DNA from: an uncultured Acidobacteriota bacterium
GTDB taxonomy: Bacteria > Acidobacteriota > Thermoanaerobaculia > Multivoradales > SZUA-115
DNA: 64,000 nt
Assembly (NCBI GenBank): GCA_963805975.1
Contig: CAWDVR010000001.1
Coordinates: 576,001-640,000, forward strand
Direction: 5' to 3'
The position numbers and the translations under genes are program-made. Below the pieces are notes generated by a model. That model ran no database searches and had not been told where the DNA came from. It was given only the letters and a program-made list of their open reading frames with translations. How positions within the stretch are numbered: the first letter of the stretch is position 1; the number at the start of each line of letters is the position of its first letter. Of this stretch, positions 48,483 through 57,193 are shown one piece after another.

Positions 48483-50608
48483 GGCGGTCTCTCCATCATT
48501 TGGCGTGCCTCTGCCATCACCCGCGGATCACGGCAGCGGGCGGCGAGGGTCGAGTACACGGCCTCGGCTTCACCGCGCTCGCCGGCCGCGAGGTGCAGGG
48601 CCAGCAGCGCGAGGTGGGCCTTCCAGTAGTCGGGCGCGAGGTCGAGCGCGCGCCGGAGCTCGCTTCGTGCTTCCTCCTGCCGCGCGGTCTTGAGCAGCAG
48701 GGTGGCGAGGTTCAGGTGCGCGGAAGGGTCGAGCGGCGTATCGGCCGCCAGGCGCCGCAGATGCACCTCGGCCTCGGCAACACGGCCGGCCTCGGCGAGG
48801 AGAACGGCGAGGCGCTGGCGCGCCGCGTTGTGCTTCGGGTCGGCGGCGAGCGCCGCGGCCAGCTCACCCTCCTCGGCGGCGCGGTCGCCCAGCTCCCCGA
48901 GCATGGCGCCGAGCAGGAAGTGGGTCGGTGCCGAGGCCTGGGCCGCCGCCACTTTCTTTGCCAGGGCGAGCGCCCGCTGGTGATCGCCGTTCGAGAACAG
49001 GACCCGCGCCACCTCCATGTACACGTAGTCGTTCTGCGAGCTGATCGGCCCCGCGGCGGCCACCGCGGCGGCCTCCTCCGCCTGGCCGAGGCCGAGCTGC
49101 GCGGTGGCGAGGAGCGCGCGGTAGAAGGCGTTGCCCGGCTCCTCCTCGACCAGCCGCAGCGCCTGCTCGCGGGCCCCCAGGTAGTCCTGCCGCTGGAGGC
49201 TCTGCTTGCACAGGCTCCAGAGGCTCACGCTGGCGATGTGATCCTGCGGCGGATCGCCGTCGTCGCGGAGCTTCTCCTCGATCTGGATCGGCCCTTCGCC
49301 GCCGGCCGAGATGTAGCCCAGCGCGGCCAGCCGCTCGCGGGTCGCGGCATCGCTGTCCGCCAGCGCCTCGGAGGCCGTGGTGCTGGCGTTCTCGGTGACG
49401 AAGGCCTGCAGGCCGTTCTGCAGCCGCTCGGCCTCGGCGCCGGGTGCCAGGTTGGCCAGCTCCTGCGGGTCCTGGCGGACGTCGAAGAGCTCGCGGCGCG
49501 GGCCGTGGATGTACTTGTGCGGCCCCACGAAGAGCGCGCGGAGCTCCCCCCAGCCGTAGGACAGCCGGGGCGACAGGGTCTCGGCGTAGTAGGGCCGCTG
49601 GTCGGCCGGTGCCTGGGCAGGGTTGGCATCCGCGCGCCCGAGCTCGGCGACCAGCGAGCGCCCCTGCAGGTCCGCGGGCACCGGCAGTCCCAGGATCTCG
49701 AGCAGCGTGGGCATGAGGTCGACGGTGCCGACTCGGGACCGCACCCGCCGCCCACCCTTCTCGCCCGGGATGCGGAGGATGAAGGGCACGTGCAGCGTCG
49801 CGTTGTAGAGCAGCATGGAGTGGGTGTCCTCCTCGTGCTCGCCCCGCCCCTCGCCGTGGTCGGCGAGCATGGCGATCACCGTGCGGTCGTAGACGCCCTG
49901 CCGCTTCAGCTCGTCGAGCACCACGCCCAGGGCCTGGTCGGCATAGGCGATCTCCCCCTGGTAGAGGTCGTGCGGGTAGAGGTCGGAGAAGGGTGGCGGC
50001 GGAACGTGCGGCTGGTGCGGGTCCCAGTAGTGGACCCAGGCGAAGAAGCGCCGGCGGGCGTGGTCGCGCAGCCAGGGCAGGATGGCGTCGTTCACCCGCG
50101 CCGCGGGCCGTTCGTCGAAGAAGATGCCGGGACCCTGGCGCCGCCGGCCGCGTTCGTCCTCGGCCGCCACCGTGATGTGATCGTCGTAGAAGTCGAAGCC
50201 CTGGTCGAGGCCCCAGTCGCGGGTCAACGGGAAGGCGCCGATGGCGGCGCCCGTGGCGTAGCCCTCGGCTTTCAGGATCTCGGCCAGGGTGGTGCGCTCC
50301 GCGGGCAGGCGGAAGCGACCGTTGTCCCGCACGCCGTGCGCCAGCGGGTAGAGGCCGGTGAACATGGTGGAGTGCGACGGCGTGGTGATCGGCACCGGCG
50401 TCATGCAGTTCTCGAACAGGGCACCCTCCGCCGCCAGCCGGTCGAGGTTCGGGGTGCGTGCCGAGGTCTTGCCGTAGCAGCCGAGGAAGTCGGCGCGCGT
50501 GGTGTCGAAGGTCACCAACAGGAGATTGAGCTTCGGCTCCCGCCCGCAGGCCGCGAGGGCGAGGAGGGTGAGGATGCCAGGGCGCCGGCCTGCGCGGTGG
50601 ACTGTCAT
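48479..50608 (-). CDS. Sulfatase-like hydrolase/transferase with C-terminal TPRs, lipoprotein
   Basis: LAAC lipobox; LVTFDTTRAD, PITTPSHSTMFTG, HYWDPH, YQGEIAYAD, ADHGE and LAALGY; TPR tail. Confidence 0.88.
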   Translation of the reverse strand: MTVHRAGRRPGILTLLALAACGREPKLNLLLVTFDTTRADFLGCYGKTSARTPNLDRLAAEGALFENCMTPVPITTPSHSTMFTGLYPLAHGVRDNGRFRLPAERTTLAEILKAEGYATGAAIGAFPLTRDWGLDQGFDFYDDHITVAAEDERGRRRQGPGIFFDERPAARVNDAILPWLRDHARRRFFAWVHYWDPHQPHVPPPPFSDLYPHDLYQGEIAYADQALGVVLDELKRQGVYDRTVIAMLADHGEGRGEHEEDTHSMLLYNATLHVPFILRIPGEKGGRRVRSRVGTVDLMPTLLEILGLPVPADLQGRSLVAELGRADANPAQAPADQRPYYAETLSPRLSYGWGELRALFVGPHKYIHGPRRELFDVRQDPQELANLAPGAEAERLQNGLQAFVTENASTTASEALADSDAATRERLAALGYISAGGEGPIQIEEKLRDDGDPPQDHIASVSLWSLCKQSLQRQDYLGAREQALRLVEEEPGNAFYRALLATAQLGLGQAEEAAAVAAAGPISSQNDYVYMEVARVLFSNGDHQRALALAKKVAAAQASAPTHFLLGAMLGELGDRAAEEGELAAALAADPKHNAARQRLAVLLAEAGRVAEAEVHLRRLAADTPLDPSAHLNLATLLLKTARQEEARSELRRALDLAPDYWKAHLALLALHLAAGERGEAEAVYSTLAARCRDPRVMAEARQMMERPP

Positions 50609-52067
50609 TCACTGGCGCTATCAGGCGGATCGCCTGCTCCTCGAGGATCTGCTGCCGGAGCTTGGCCCCGGCCTCGCGCCGCCGCCGGTCGAGAAGGGAG
50701 GCGCGCACGTAGGCCTTGGCCTCGGCCAGGGACAGCTTGCGCTCGGCTCGCTTCCCCACGAGCTCGAGGATCAGGAGGCTGCGCCCTTCCTGCACCACCG
50801 GGCTGAACCCGCCGGGCTCGATCGCGAGCACGGCGGCGTTGGCGTTCAGGCCCAGAGCCCACACCTCGTCGTCGGAGAGCCAGCCCAGGTCTTCCACCTG
50901 GGCGTGCGGGGCCAGGGCCGCGGCCGCCTTCCCGAGGTCGCCGCCGGCCTCTCGCAGCTCCCGGCCCTGCTCGCGCACCCGGTCGTAGAGCGAAGCGGGG
51001 AGGTCATTGCGGATGGGGACGCGGAGGCGGCGGAGGTGGCGGCTCCCGGGCTCGCTCCAGCCTTCCGGCCGGGCTTCGAAGGCAGCCCGGAGCTCGTCCT
51101 CCGAGGGCTCGCCGATCGAGGGCCGCGTGCTCTCGTTCGCCACCGCCTGGGCCTCGAGCTCCAGGTTCTTCCAGCGCAGCAGGAGCTGGTGGTCCGCCGA
51201 CTTCGTGAGGCCCAGCCGCTCGGCTTCGACGCTCGGTCCGCCCTTGCGCTCGACCTCCTCCCGGAGGGCCTGGAAGCGCTCGTTGCGAAGCTCGGTCGCG
51301 AGATCCTCCCGCGCTCCCTCGAAGCGGGGGGCCACCGGCTCGAGCACCTGCACGCAGCGCAAGATCGCGGCGCCCCGCGGCAGGTCGATCACCGGGCTGA
51401 TCTCACCTGGCTGCAGGGTGGCGACGGCTTTCGCGAGCGGATCGGCCAGCCGGTCGAGCGTGACGAAGCCCATGGCGCCACCCCGGAGCCGGGTCGAGGA
51501 CTCGGACTCGGCCTGTGCGACGGCCGCGAAGTCCGCGCCGGCGGCCAGCCGCGCCCGCACACCTTCGAGCGTCTTGCGTACCTCGCCCTTGGCCACGTCG
51601 TCCGCCCCCGGCGGGTACGCCTTGAAGATGTCCTCGAGGCGCCAGCGGCCGGGCTCGGCGAGGGCCGCCCGGCGTACTTCGAAGAGCCGATGCAGATCGG
51701 CCTCCGTGGGTTCGGCCTGGGTCAGCAGATGGAGGTTCAGGGCGCGTTGGGCGAGCTGCGCTTCGAGCCGGCGGCGCTGGCTCCCGGTTTCCTCACGCAC
51801 CGCCGCCGGCAGAGCCGCGAAGCGCCCGGCGAGGGTCTCGAGGATCACGATCTCCTCGACCTTGCGCCGCAGGCCCAGCCGCGAAGGAGCGCCGCTGTCG
51901 AGCTGCACGAAGCGCGACCAGGATTCGACCTCGGCCGCCGACACTTCGCCCCCGCGGTAGGTGGCCACCACGGTGTCGTCCGTCGGCGGCGCGGCAGAGG
52001 CGGGCCGCGGGACGGCCGGCGAGGCGAGGGTCAGGATCAGGGGGATCAGAGCCGCGGCAAGGGTCAT
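50605..52067 (-). CDS. Second parvulin-type PPIase/foldase; its stop appears lost through an indel near 50610-50630
   Basis: Signal peptide from ATG 52067; FAAVAQAESES..GGAMG, GEISPVI and GGFSPVV. Plausible protein ends at EQAIRL, where the frame runs on out of frame over the sulfatase. Confidence 0.75.
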
Positions 52068-52082
52068 CGAGGCGGGAAGCTT

Positions 52083-52111
52083 AAACGAACAAGGCACCCC
52101 GGAGGGTGCCT
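52083..52111 (-). terminator. 8-bp hairpin with partial U-tract downstream of the second PVEL gene
   Basis: The minus strand reads AGGCACCC-TCCG-GGGTGCCT-TGTTCGTTT. Confidence 0.65.
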
Positions 52112-52155
52112 CGAATCACGAAACGGCCGGTGTGGCCGACCTGCTCTGCTTGGAG

Positions 52156-52926
52156 CTAATCGGCTTCGAAGCTCATCAGCTCGACGGGCAGGTTGTCGCC
52201 GGTCACGCGGAAGATGGAGTTCTGGTTGGTGATCACCGTGCCGGCGCCGGGGACCGTGACCACCATGGTGGGCACGAAGGCGGCCGAGTTGAACGGCACG
52301 CGGATGCCGTGGAAGCCCATGCCGGGGTCGACGCCGCCCATGGTGAGGGCCACGCCGTCGCAGGTGCTGTTCAGGGCCACGCTGCCGGCGCAGGGGTCAT
52401 AGTCCGTATTGCGCAGGCCACCCACGAAGGCGCCGGAGTGCGCTACCACCGGCATGGTGAGGGGGGCCATGGCGGTGAACATGGTCACGTTGCCGGTGTC
52501 GCCGAACGCCAGGTAGGGCAGGCCGGTCAGCACCGTGCGGCGCAGCACCATGAAGGAGCCGGGGTTTTGATCCCAGATCGTCATCACCATCTGGTCACCG
52601 CCGTTGGGGGCGGTGCCGTAGTTGCCGGCGATGCGGAAGCTCGCCGAGGCGATCGAGTGCGGATCCTGGACACCGGCGTCGAACAAGTTGCCCACCGTTC
52701 CGCCATCGGTGCCGCGGCGGGCGAAGGGAACGTTGTTGTCGTAGGTCAGGGTCCCGGGCGCACCTGTCGGCGACAGTGGCGGACCGGCGGGCACGAGTTG
52801 CGCCTGGACAACGGGTACGGGGCTCGGGCCAGTGTGCTTGCGCGGCGCGGCCGTGGCTGCTGCTGCGGCGGCGAGGAGCAGCAGAGTGCTGGTTGCGACC
52901 AAACCCGAACGAGCGTCGACCTTCAT
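52156..52926 (-). CDS. Secreted beta-rich protein with C-terminal PVELMSFEAD motif
   Basis: Signal peptide; Gly/Thr/Asn-rich mature region with one Cys pair; RBS GGAGG/AAGGA. Confidence 0.78.
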   Translation of the reverse strand: MKVDARSGLVATSTLLLLAAAAAATAAPRKHTGPSPVPVVQAQLVPAGPPLSPTGAPGTLTYDNNVPFARRGTDGGTVGNLFDAGVQDPHSIASASFRIAGNYGTAPNGGDQMVMTIWDQNPGSFMVLRRTVLTGLPYLAFGDTGNVTMFTAMAPLTMPVVAHSGAFVGGLRNTDYDPCAGSVALNSTCDGVALTMGGVDPGMGFHGIRVPFNSAAFVPTMVVTVPGAGTVITNQNSIFRVTGDNLPVELMSFEAD

Positions 52927-52965
52927 TCCTTCACCTCCGGCGGCGGGAACTGGATTGAGGCCCTG

Positions 52966-52995
52966 ATGCTACTCGGCTGCCGGCTGCCGCGTCAA
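52966..52995 (-). promoter_or_regulatory. Candidate sigma-70 promoter for the second PVEL operon
   Basis: The minus strand reads TTGACG-N18-TAGCAT with an upstream A-tract (AAAAATAA). Confidence 0.55.
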
Positions 52996-53097
52996 GATCA
53001 GTAGGGCGTTATTTTTCAGTTCGAGCATGTTCCGGCGTCCCCTGCGCAAGCGCTTACAGTCGCCGGGCCGGTCGCCAGGTAGACTCGGCGCCCGACG

Positions 53098-53949
53098 ATG
53101 ACCGAGCCCGTTCACGCGGCGATCAGGACGGCCGACGGCCATGGCCTCGCCGCGCGCTTCTTCGCGCCTTCGGGGCCGCCTCGCGGAGCGGTCCTCGTGG
53201 TACCGGCGATGGGCGTGACCCAGAGGTACTACGCGGCCTTCGCCTCCTGGCTGGCGGAGCAGGGCTTTCTGGCCTCGACCTTCGACTATCGCGGCGTGGG
53301 CCTGTCGCGCGCCGAAAAACTGCGAGGGTTTGCCGCCGACATCTTCGACTGGGCGCGGCTCGACTGCCCGGCGATGATCGACGCCCTGTCCGCCCGCGCT
53401 CCCGGCGTGCCGCTCTACTGGGTCGGCCACAGCCTGGGAGGTCAGATCTTCCCCTTCGTGCCCAACCATGATCGGGCGGTGAAGCTGGTGACCGTCGCCA
53501 CCGGCAGCGGCTATTGGCGCGAGAACGCGCCGCGCCTGCGCCGCACGGCCTGGTGGCTGTGGTACGTCGTCGTCCCGGTCTCGCTGCGCCTCTGCGGGTA
53601 TTTCCCGGGGCGGAGGCTGCGCAAGGTGGGGGACCTGCCCCGCGGCGTGATGGAGCAGTGGCGGCGCTGGTGCCTCGATCCGGAGTACGCGGTGGGCGTC
53701 GAGCCGGGCGCCCGCGACCTCTACGCCGCGGTCCGCACCCCGATCGTCTCCCTCTCGTTCACCGACGACGAGTTCATGTCCGCCCAGAACACCGAGTCGA
53801 TCCACGGCTACTTCTCGCAAGCGCCGCGCACCATGAAACGCATCGCCCCGGCCGACGCCGGAGTCGCCCGCATCGGCCACTTCGGCTTCTTCCGGCCGGA
53901 GCCCGGGGCCTCGTTGTGGGGTTCCGTCCTGCTGCCGGAGCTGAAGTAG
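53098..53949 (+). CDS. Alpha/beta-fold hydrolase
   Basis: PAMGVTQRYY, FDYRGVG, GHSLGG nucleophile elbow, DDE and GHFGFF. Confidence 0.9.
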   Translation: MTEPVHAAIRTADGHGLAARFFAPSGPPRGAVLVVPAMGVTQRYYAAFASWLAEQGFLASTFDYRGVGLSRAEKLRGFAADIFDWARLDCPAMIDALSARAPGVPLYWVGHSLGGQIFPFVPNHDRAVKLVTVATGSGYWRENAPRLRRTAWWLWYVVVPVSLRLCGYFPGRRLRKVGDLPRGVMEQWRRWCLDPEYAVGVEPGARDLYAAVRTPIVSLSFTDDEFMSAQNTESIHGYFSQAPRTMKRIAPADAGVARIGHFGFFRPEPGASLWGSVLLPELK

Positions 53950-53952
53950 GGC

Positions 53953-56754
53953 CTAGTCGGCGCGCAGGGTCTCGACCGGGTCCACCGCCGCGGCGCGTCG
54001 GGCCGGCCGGAAGCCCGCCAGCGTACCCACCGCCAGCACGATCCCGAGCACCGCGAGATAGGCGGCAGGATCGCGGGCGCTGACGCCGTAGAGCAGGCTG
54101 TCGAGCAGCCGGGCGGCGAACCAGGAGACGAGCGTGCCCAGCACGGCGCCGGTGGCGATCAGGCCGAGGCCGTTGCCGAGCACGTGCGCCAGCACCTGTC
54201 CGGGCCGCGCGCCGAGCGCCATGCGAATGCCGATCTCGCGCCGCCGCTGCGCCACGGCGTAGGAGATGACGCTGTACACCCCGGCCGCGGCCAGCAGGAT
54301 CGACACCGCGGTGAAGACCCACAGCAGCCAGGAGTAGGCGAGCCGGAACCACAGCGAGCGGTCCATCCTCTCGGCGAGAGTGCGCACGTCCCCCATCGGC
54401 AGCTCGGGATCGAGCTTCGCCAGCACCTGGCGCGCCGGCGCCACGAGCTGGAGAGGGTCGCGCGAGGTGCGCAGCACGAATCCCAGTGACGGGTAGCCGC
54501 GCTGGCGGTAGGGCACGTGGAGGCTGGGCCTCATCGGCCGGTCGAGGCCGTAGTGCTTGACGTCGCGGGTGATGCCGACCACCGGGATGAAGTCCTCGCC
54601 GGTCGCGCCGTAGCGCAGCCGCTTGCCGAGGGCGCCGCCTTCCGGCCAGAATTGCCGGACGAAGCTCTCGTTGACGATCGCCACCCGGGTGGCGTCGTCG
54701 TGGCCGTCCAGCTCGCTGAAGGTCCGCCCCTCGAGCAGAGTCACCCCCAGCGTCTCGAGGTATCCGGGTGTGGCCGCGACCTCGAGCACCACCGGGTTGG
54801 CCTCGCCCGGCGCCGGCGTCCAGCCGCCCTCGACCACGGCGAACCAGCCGTTGTGCTCACCCACCGGCAGCTTCGACGCCGCGCCGGCAGACTCGACGCC
54901 GGGCAGAGCCCGAAGCTCGGCGAGGAGGCGGTCGTAGAAGGCGATTCGCGCCGCCTCGTCGGCGTACCTCGACGCCGGCGGCCAGACCCGGAACGTCAGG
55001 GCTCCCTCGGGCTCGAAGCCCGGATCGCCCGCCTGCACGTTGCGCAACGACGCCACCAGCACCGAGGACGCGACCAGCAGGAGCACGGTCAGCGCCACCT
55101 CGCCGACGATCAGCGCCGCCAGCGTGTTGCGGTGGCCGCGGGACCACCCGGCGCGGCCTCCCTCCTGCAGGCACTCGCGGGCATCCACCCGCGCCGCCGA
55201 GAGCGCCGGCACCAGGCCGAAGAGGGCGACCGCCGAGCCGGTGACCGCGGCGCAGAAGAGCGCCGCCCGGAGATCGAGGGGGAAGCCGATCCAGGCGGGC
55301 AGCAGGTCGGGGACCAGGCGCAGCAGGCCCTTCAGAGCAAGGCTGCCGAGCCCCACCCCGAGCCCGGCGCCAATCGCCGCCAGGAGCAGGCACTCGATCA
55401 GGAGCTGGCGGACGATCGCGCCCCGCGCCGCGCCCATCGCGGTGCGAATGGCGATCTCCCGGGCGCGCGAGGAGGCGCGCACCATCATCAGCCCGGCGAC
55501 ATTGGCGCAGGCGATCAGCAGCAGGATGGCGACGCCGCCGAGCAGCAGGTAGGTCGCGGTGCGGTAGCTGCCCAACAGGCGTTCGCGCAGCGGCGTCACG
55601 ATGGGCGAGGTGACGACGTCCTGCCGGCCCATGGCCGCGGCGTGGTTGCGGTGGACTCGCCCGAGGTCCGCCGTCGCCTGCTCGATCGACACACCGGGCT
55701 TCAGGCGCCCGATGCCGCTCAGGTTGTAGCTGTCCCCGACCGTCGGGTCGGCCGCGAGCGGCACCCACACCTCGGCCCTCTGCGGATAGACGGCCTCGCG
55801 CGGCAGCACGCCGACCACGGTGTAGGCCTCGCCGTCGATCTTCAGGGCGCGGCCCACGACGCCGGGATCGCCCTGGAACAGCCGGTGCCAGAGGGCGTGG
55901 CCGAGCATCGCGACCCGCGGGCCGTTCGGCCGGTCCTCCTCGGGCAGGAAGCCCCGTCCGACGACGGGGCTCAGCTTCAGCACCTCGAGCATGCGATGCG
56001 TGACCTGCGCCCCTCGCACCCGCAGCGTGCCGCCGTCGTCGGCCGTCCCCCCGGCTGGAGCCCCCTCCGCTGGTGTCAAATTGACGCCGTTGGCGATCGA
56101 GAAGGCCATGGCCTCGAACGAGGTGCTGCCGGCCTCCCAGGCGAGGTAGTCCGCGTTCGAGACGCTGGTGAACTCCAGGTTCCAGCGCGGGGCGGTCTCG
56201 TCCAGGTCCACCAGGCGGTCCAGCCCGGGGAAGGGCCAGGGTCGCAGGAAAAGGCCGTTGTAGATGCTGAACACGGCCGCGGTGCCGCCGATCCCCAGCG
56301 CGAGCATGGTGATCACCATGGCGCTGAAGGCCGGTTTCAGGCGCAGGCCACGGAAAGCCGACCTGAGGTCGTGGCCGAACGAAGCGAAGCCGAGCTTGCC
56401 GAGCATCGTCGATCTCCTCGCGACAGGTCGTAGCCCGAGCACGGGCGGCCGCGGCGAACGGAAGGTGCGCAGCGCACCGAGCGCCTGCGGGAAGCCGGTG
56501 CCCTCGTCCAGCTCGGCGAGCAACTGCCGGCGGGCCTCTCCCTCGGAGCGCCCCTGCGCCAGGAGGTCGGCGAGCTGGCTCTCGAGGTGCTGGGCCAGCT
56601 CGTCCACCACCTCGGCCTCGCGGGCCGCATCGAGCCCGGCGCGCGCCACCAGCTCCCGGACCGCCGCCCTCCAATCGGAACCGGCTCTCCAGTCAGACCC
56701 CGCTTTCCAATCAGACCCCGCTTTCCAATTAGACCCCGCTTTCCAATTAGACAT
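53953..56754 (-). CDS. ADOP-family duplicated MacB/FtsX-type ABC permease
   Basis: EVVDELAQHL prefix, LALGIGGTAAVFS, LLIACANVAGL, REIAIRTAMGA and RRREIGIRMALGA..DPVETLR. Confidence 0.92.
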   Translation of the reverse strand: MSNWKAGSNWKAGSDWKAGSDWRAGSDWRAAVRELVARAGLDAAREAEVVDELAQHLESQLADLLAQGRSEGEARRQLLAELDEGTGFPQALGALRTFRSPRPPVLGLRPVARRSTMLGKLGFASFGHDLRSAFRGLRLKPAFSAMVITMLALGIGGTAAVFSIYNGLFLRPWPFPGLDRLVDLDETAPRWNLEFTSVSNADYLAWEAGSTSFEAMAFSIANGVNLTPAEGAPAGGTADDGGTLRVRGAQVTHRMLEVLKLSPVVGRGFLPEEDRPNGPRVAMLGHALWHRLFQGDPGVVGRALKIDGEAYTVVGVLPREAVYPQRAEVWVPLAADPTVGDSYNLSGIGRLKPGVSIEQATADLGRVHRNHAAAMGRQDVVTSPIVTPLRERLLGSYRTATYLLLGGVAILLLIACANVAGLMMVRASSRAREIAIRTAMGAARGAIVRQLLIECLLLAAIGAGLGVGLGSLALKGLLRLVPDLLPAWIGFPLDLRAALFCAAVTGSAVALFGLVPALSAARVDARECLQEGGRAGWSRGHRNTLAALIVGEVALTVLLLVASSVLVASLRNVQAGDPGFEPEGALTFRVWPPASRYADEAARIAFYDRLLAELRALPGVESAGAASKLPVGEHNGWFAVVEGGWTPAPGEANPVVLEVAATPGYLETLGVTLLEGRTFSELDGHDDATRVAIVNESFVRQFWPEGGALGKRLRYGATGEDFIPVVGITRDVKHYGLDRPMRPSLHVPYRQRGYPSLGFVLRTSRDPLQLVAPARQVLAKLDPELPMGDVRTLAERMDRSLWFRLAYSWLLWVFTAVSILLAAAGVYSVISYAVAQRRREIGIRMALGARPGQVLAHVLGNGLGLIATGAVLGTLVSWFAARLLDSLLYGVSARDPAAYLAVLGIVLAVGTLAGFRPARRAAAVDPVETLRAD
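56661..56752 (-). repeat. In-frame 18-bp tandem repeat (about 5 units) at the permease 5' end
   Basis: On the plus strand AGACCCCGCTTTCCAATY occurs three times (56695-56748), plus two degenerate units. It encodes SNWKAG SNWKAG SDWKAG SDWRAG SDWRAA. Confidence 0.9.
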
Positions 56755-57091
56755 ACTCGACCCCGGTGAGACGGCCCATCGCCTGGGCGAACTCCCGCCA
56801 CTGCTGGCGCTGGGCCATGAGCACGCGGCGGCCGGTGGCCGTGAGCTCGTAGAAGCGCCGCCGCCGCTCGCCGGCCTTCTCGACCCAGCGGCCCTCGAGC
56901 CAGCCGCGGTCCTCCAGGCGGTAGAGCAGCGGGTAGAGGGTGGTGACGTGGAAGCTCAGCGCGCCCTCCGAGCGCGACTCGATGAGACGGCTGATCTCGT
57001 AGCCGTGGCGGGCGCGCTCCTCGAGCAGCGACAGGATCAGGAACTCGGCGCTGCCCTTCTTCCACTCGCGGTCGTACTGTGGGACCTCCAT
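56747..57091 (-). CDS. PadR family transcriptional regulator
   Basis: KKGSAEFLIL, HGYEI, TLYPLLYRLEDRGW and RRRRFYELT; overlaps the permease start. Confidence 0.93.
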   Translation of the reverse strand: MEVPQYDREWKKGSAEFLILSLLEERARHGYEISRLIESRSEGALSFHVTTLYPLLYRLEDRGWLEGRWVEKAGERRRRFYELTATGRRVLMAQRQQWREFAQAMGRLTGVEYV

Positions 57092-57193
57092 ATACCGGAT
57101 TCCAATATATAGGCGCCCGGAAAGTCAAGGGGGGAAGTGCAATACTGAGGACGGAATCGCCTGCGACCCAGCGCACCGCAAGGAGACCGCTCC

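Noticed and set aside
48864-52097. 1077-aa ORF suggesting a giant PPIase fusion
   Set aside because: The C-terminal half is Arg/Pro/Gly-rich out-of-frame translation over the sulfatase gene, so the real stop was probably lost by an indel.
56661-56752. Tandem repeat as a mini-CRISPR array
   Set aside because: The units are contiguous 18-mers with no spacers, they are in frame within a CDS, and there are no cas genes.
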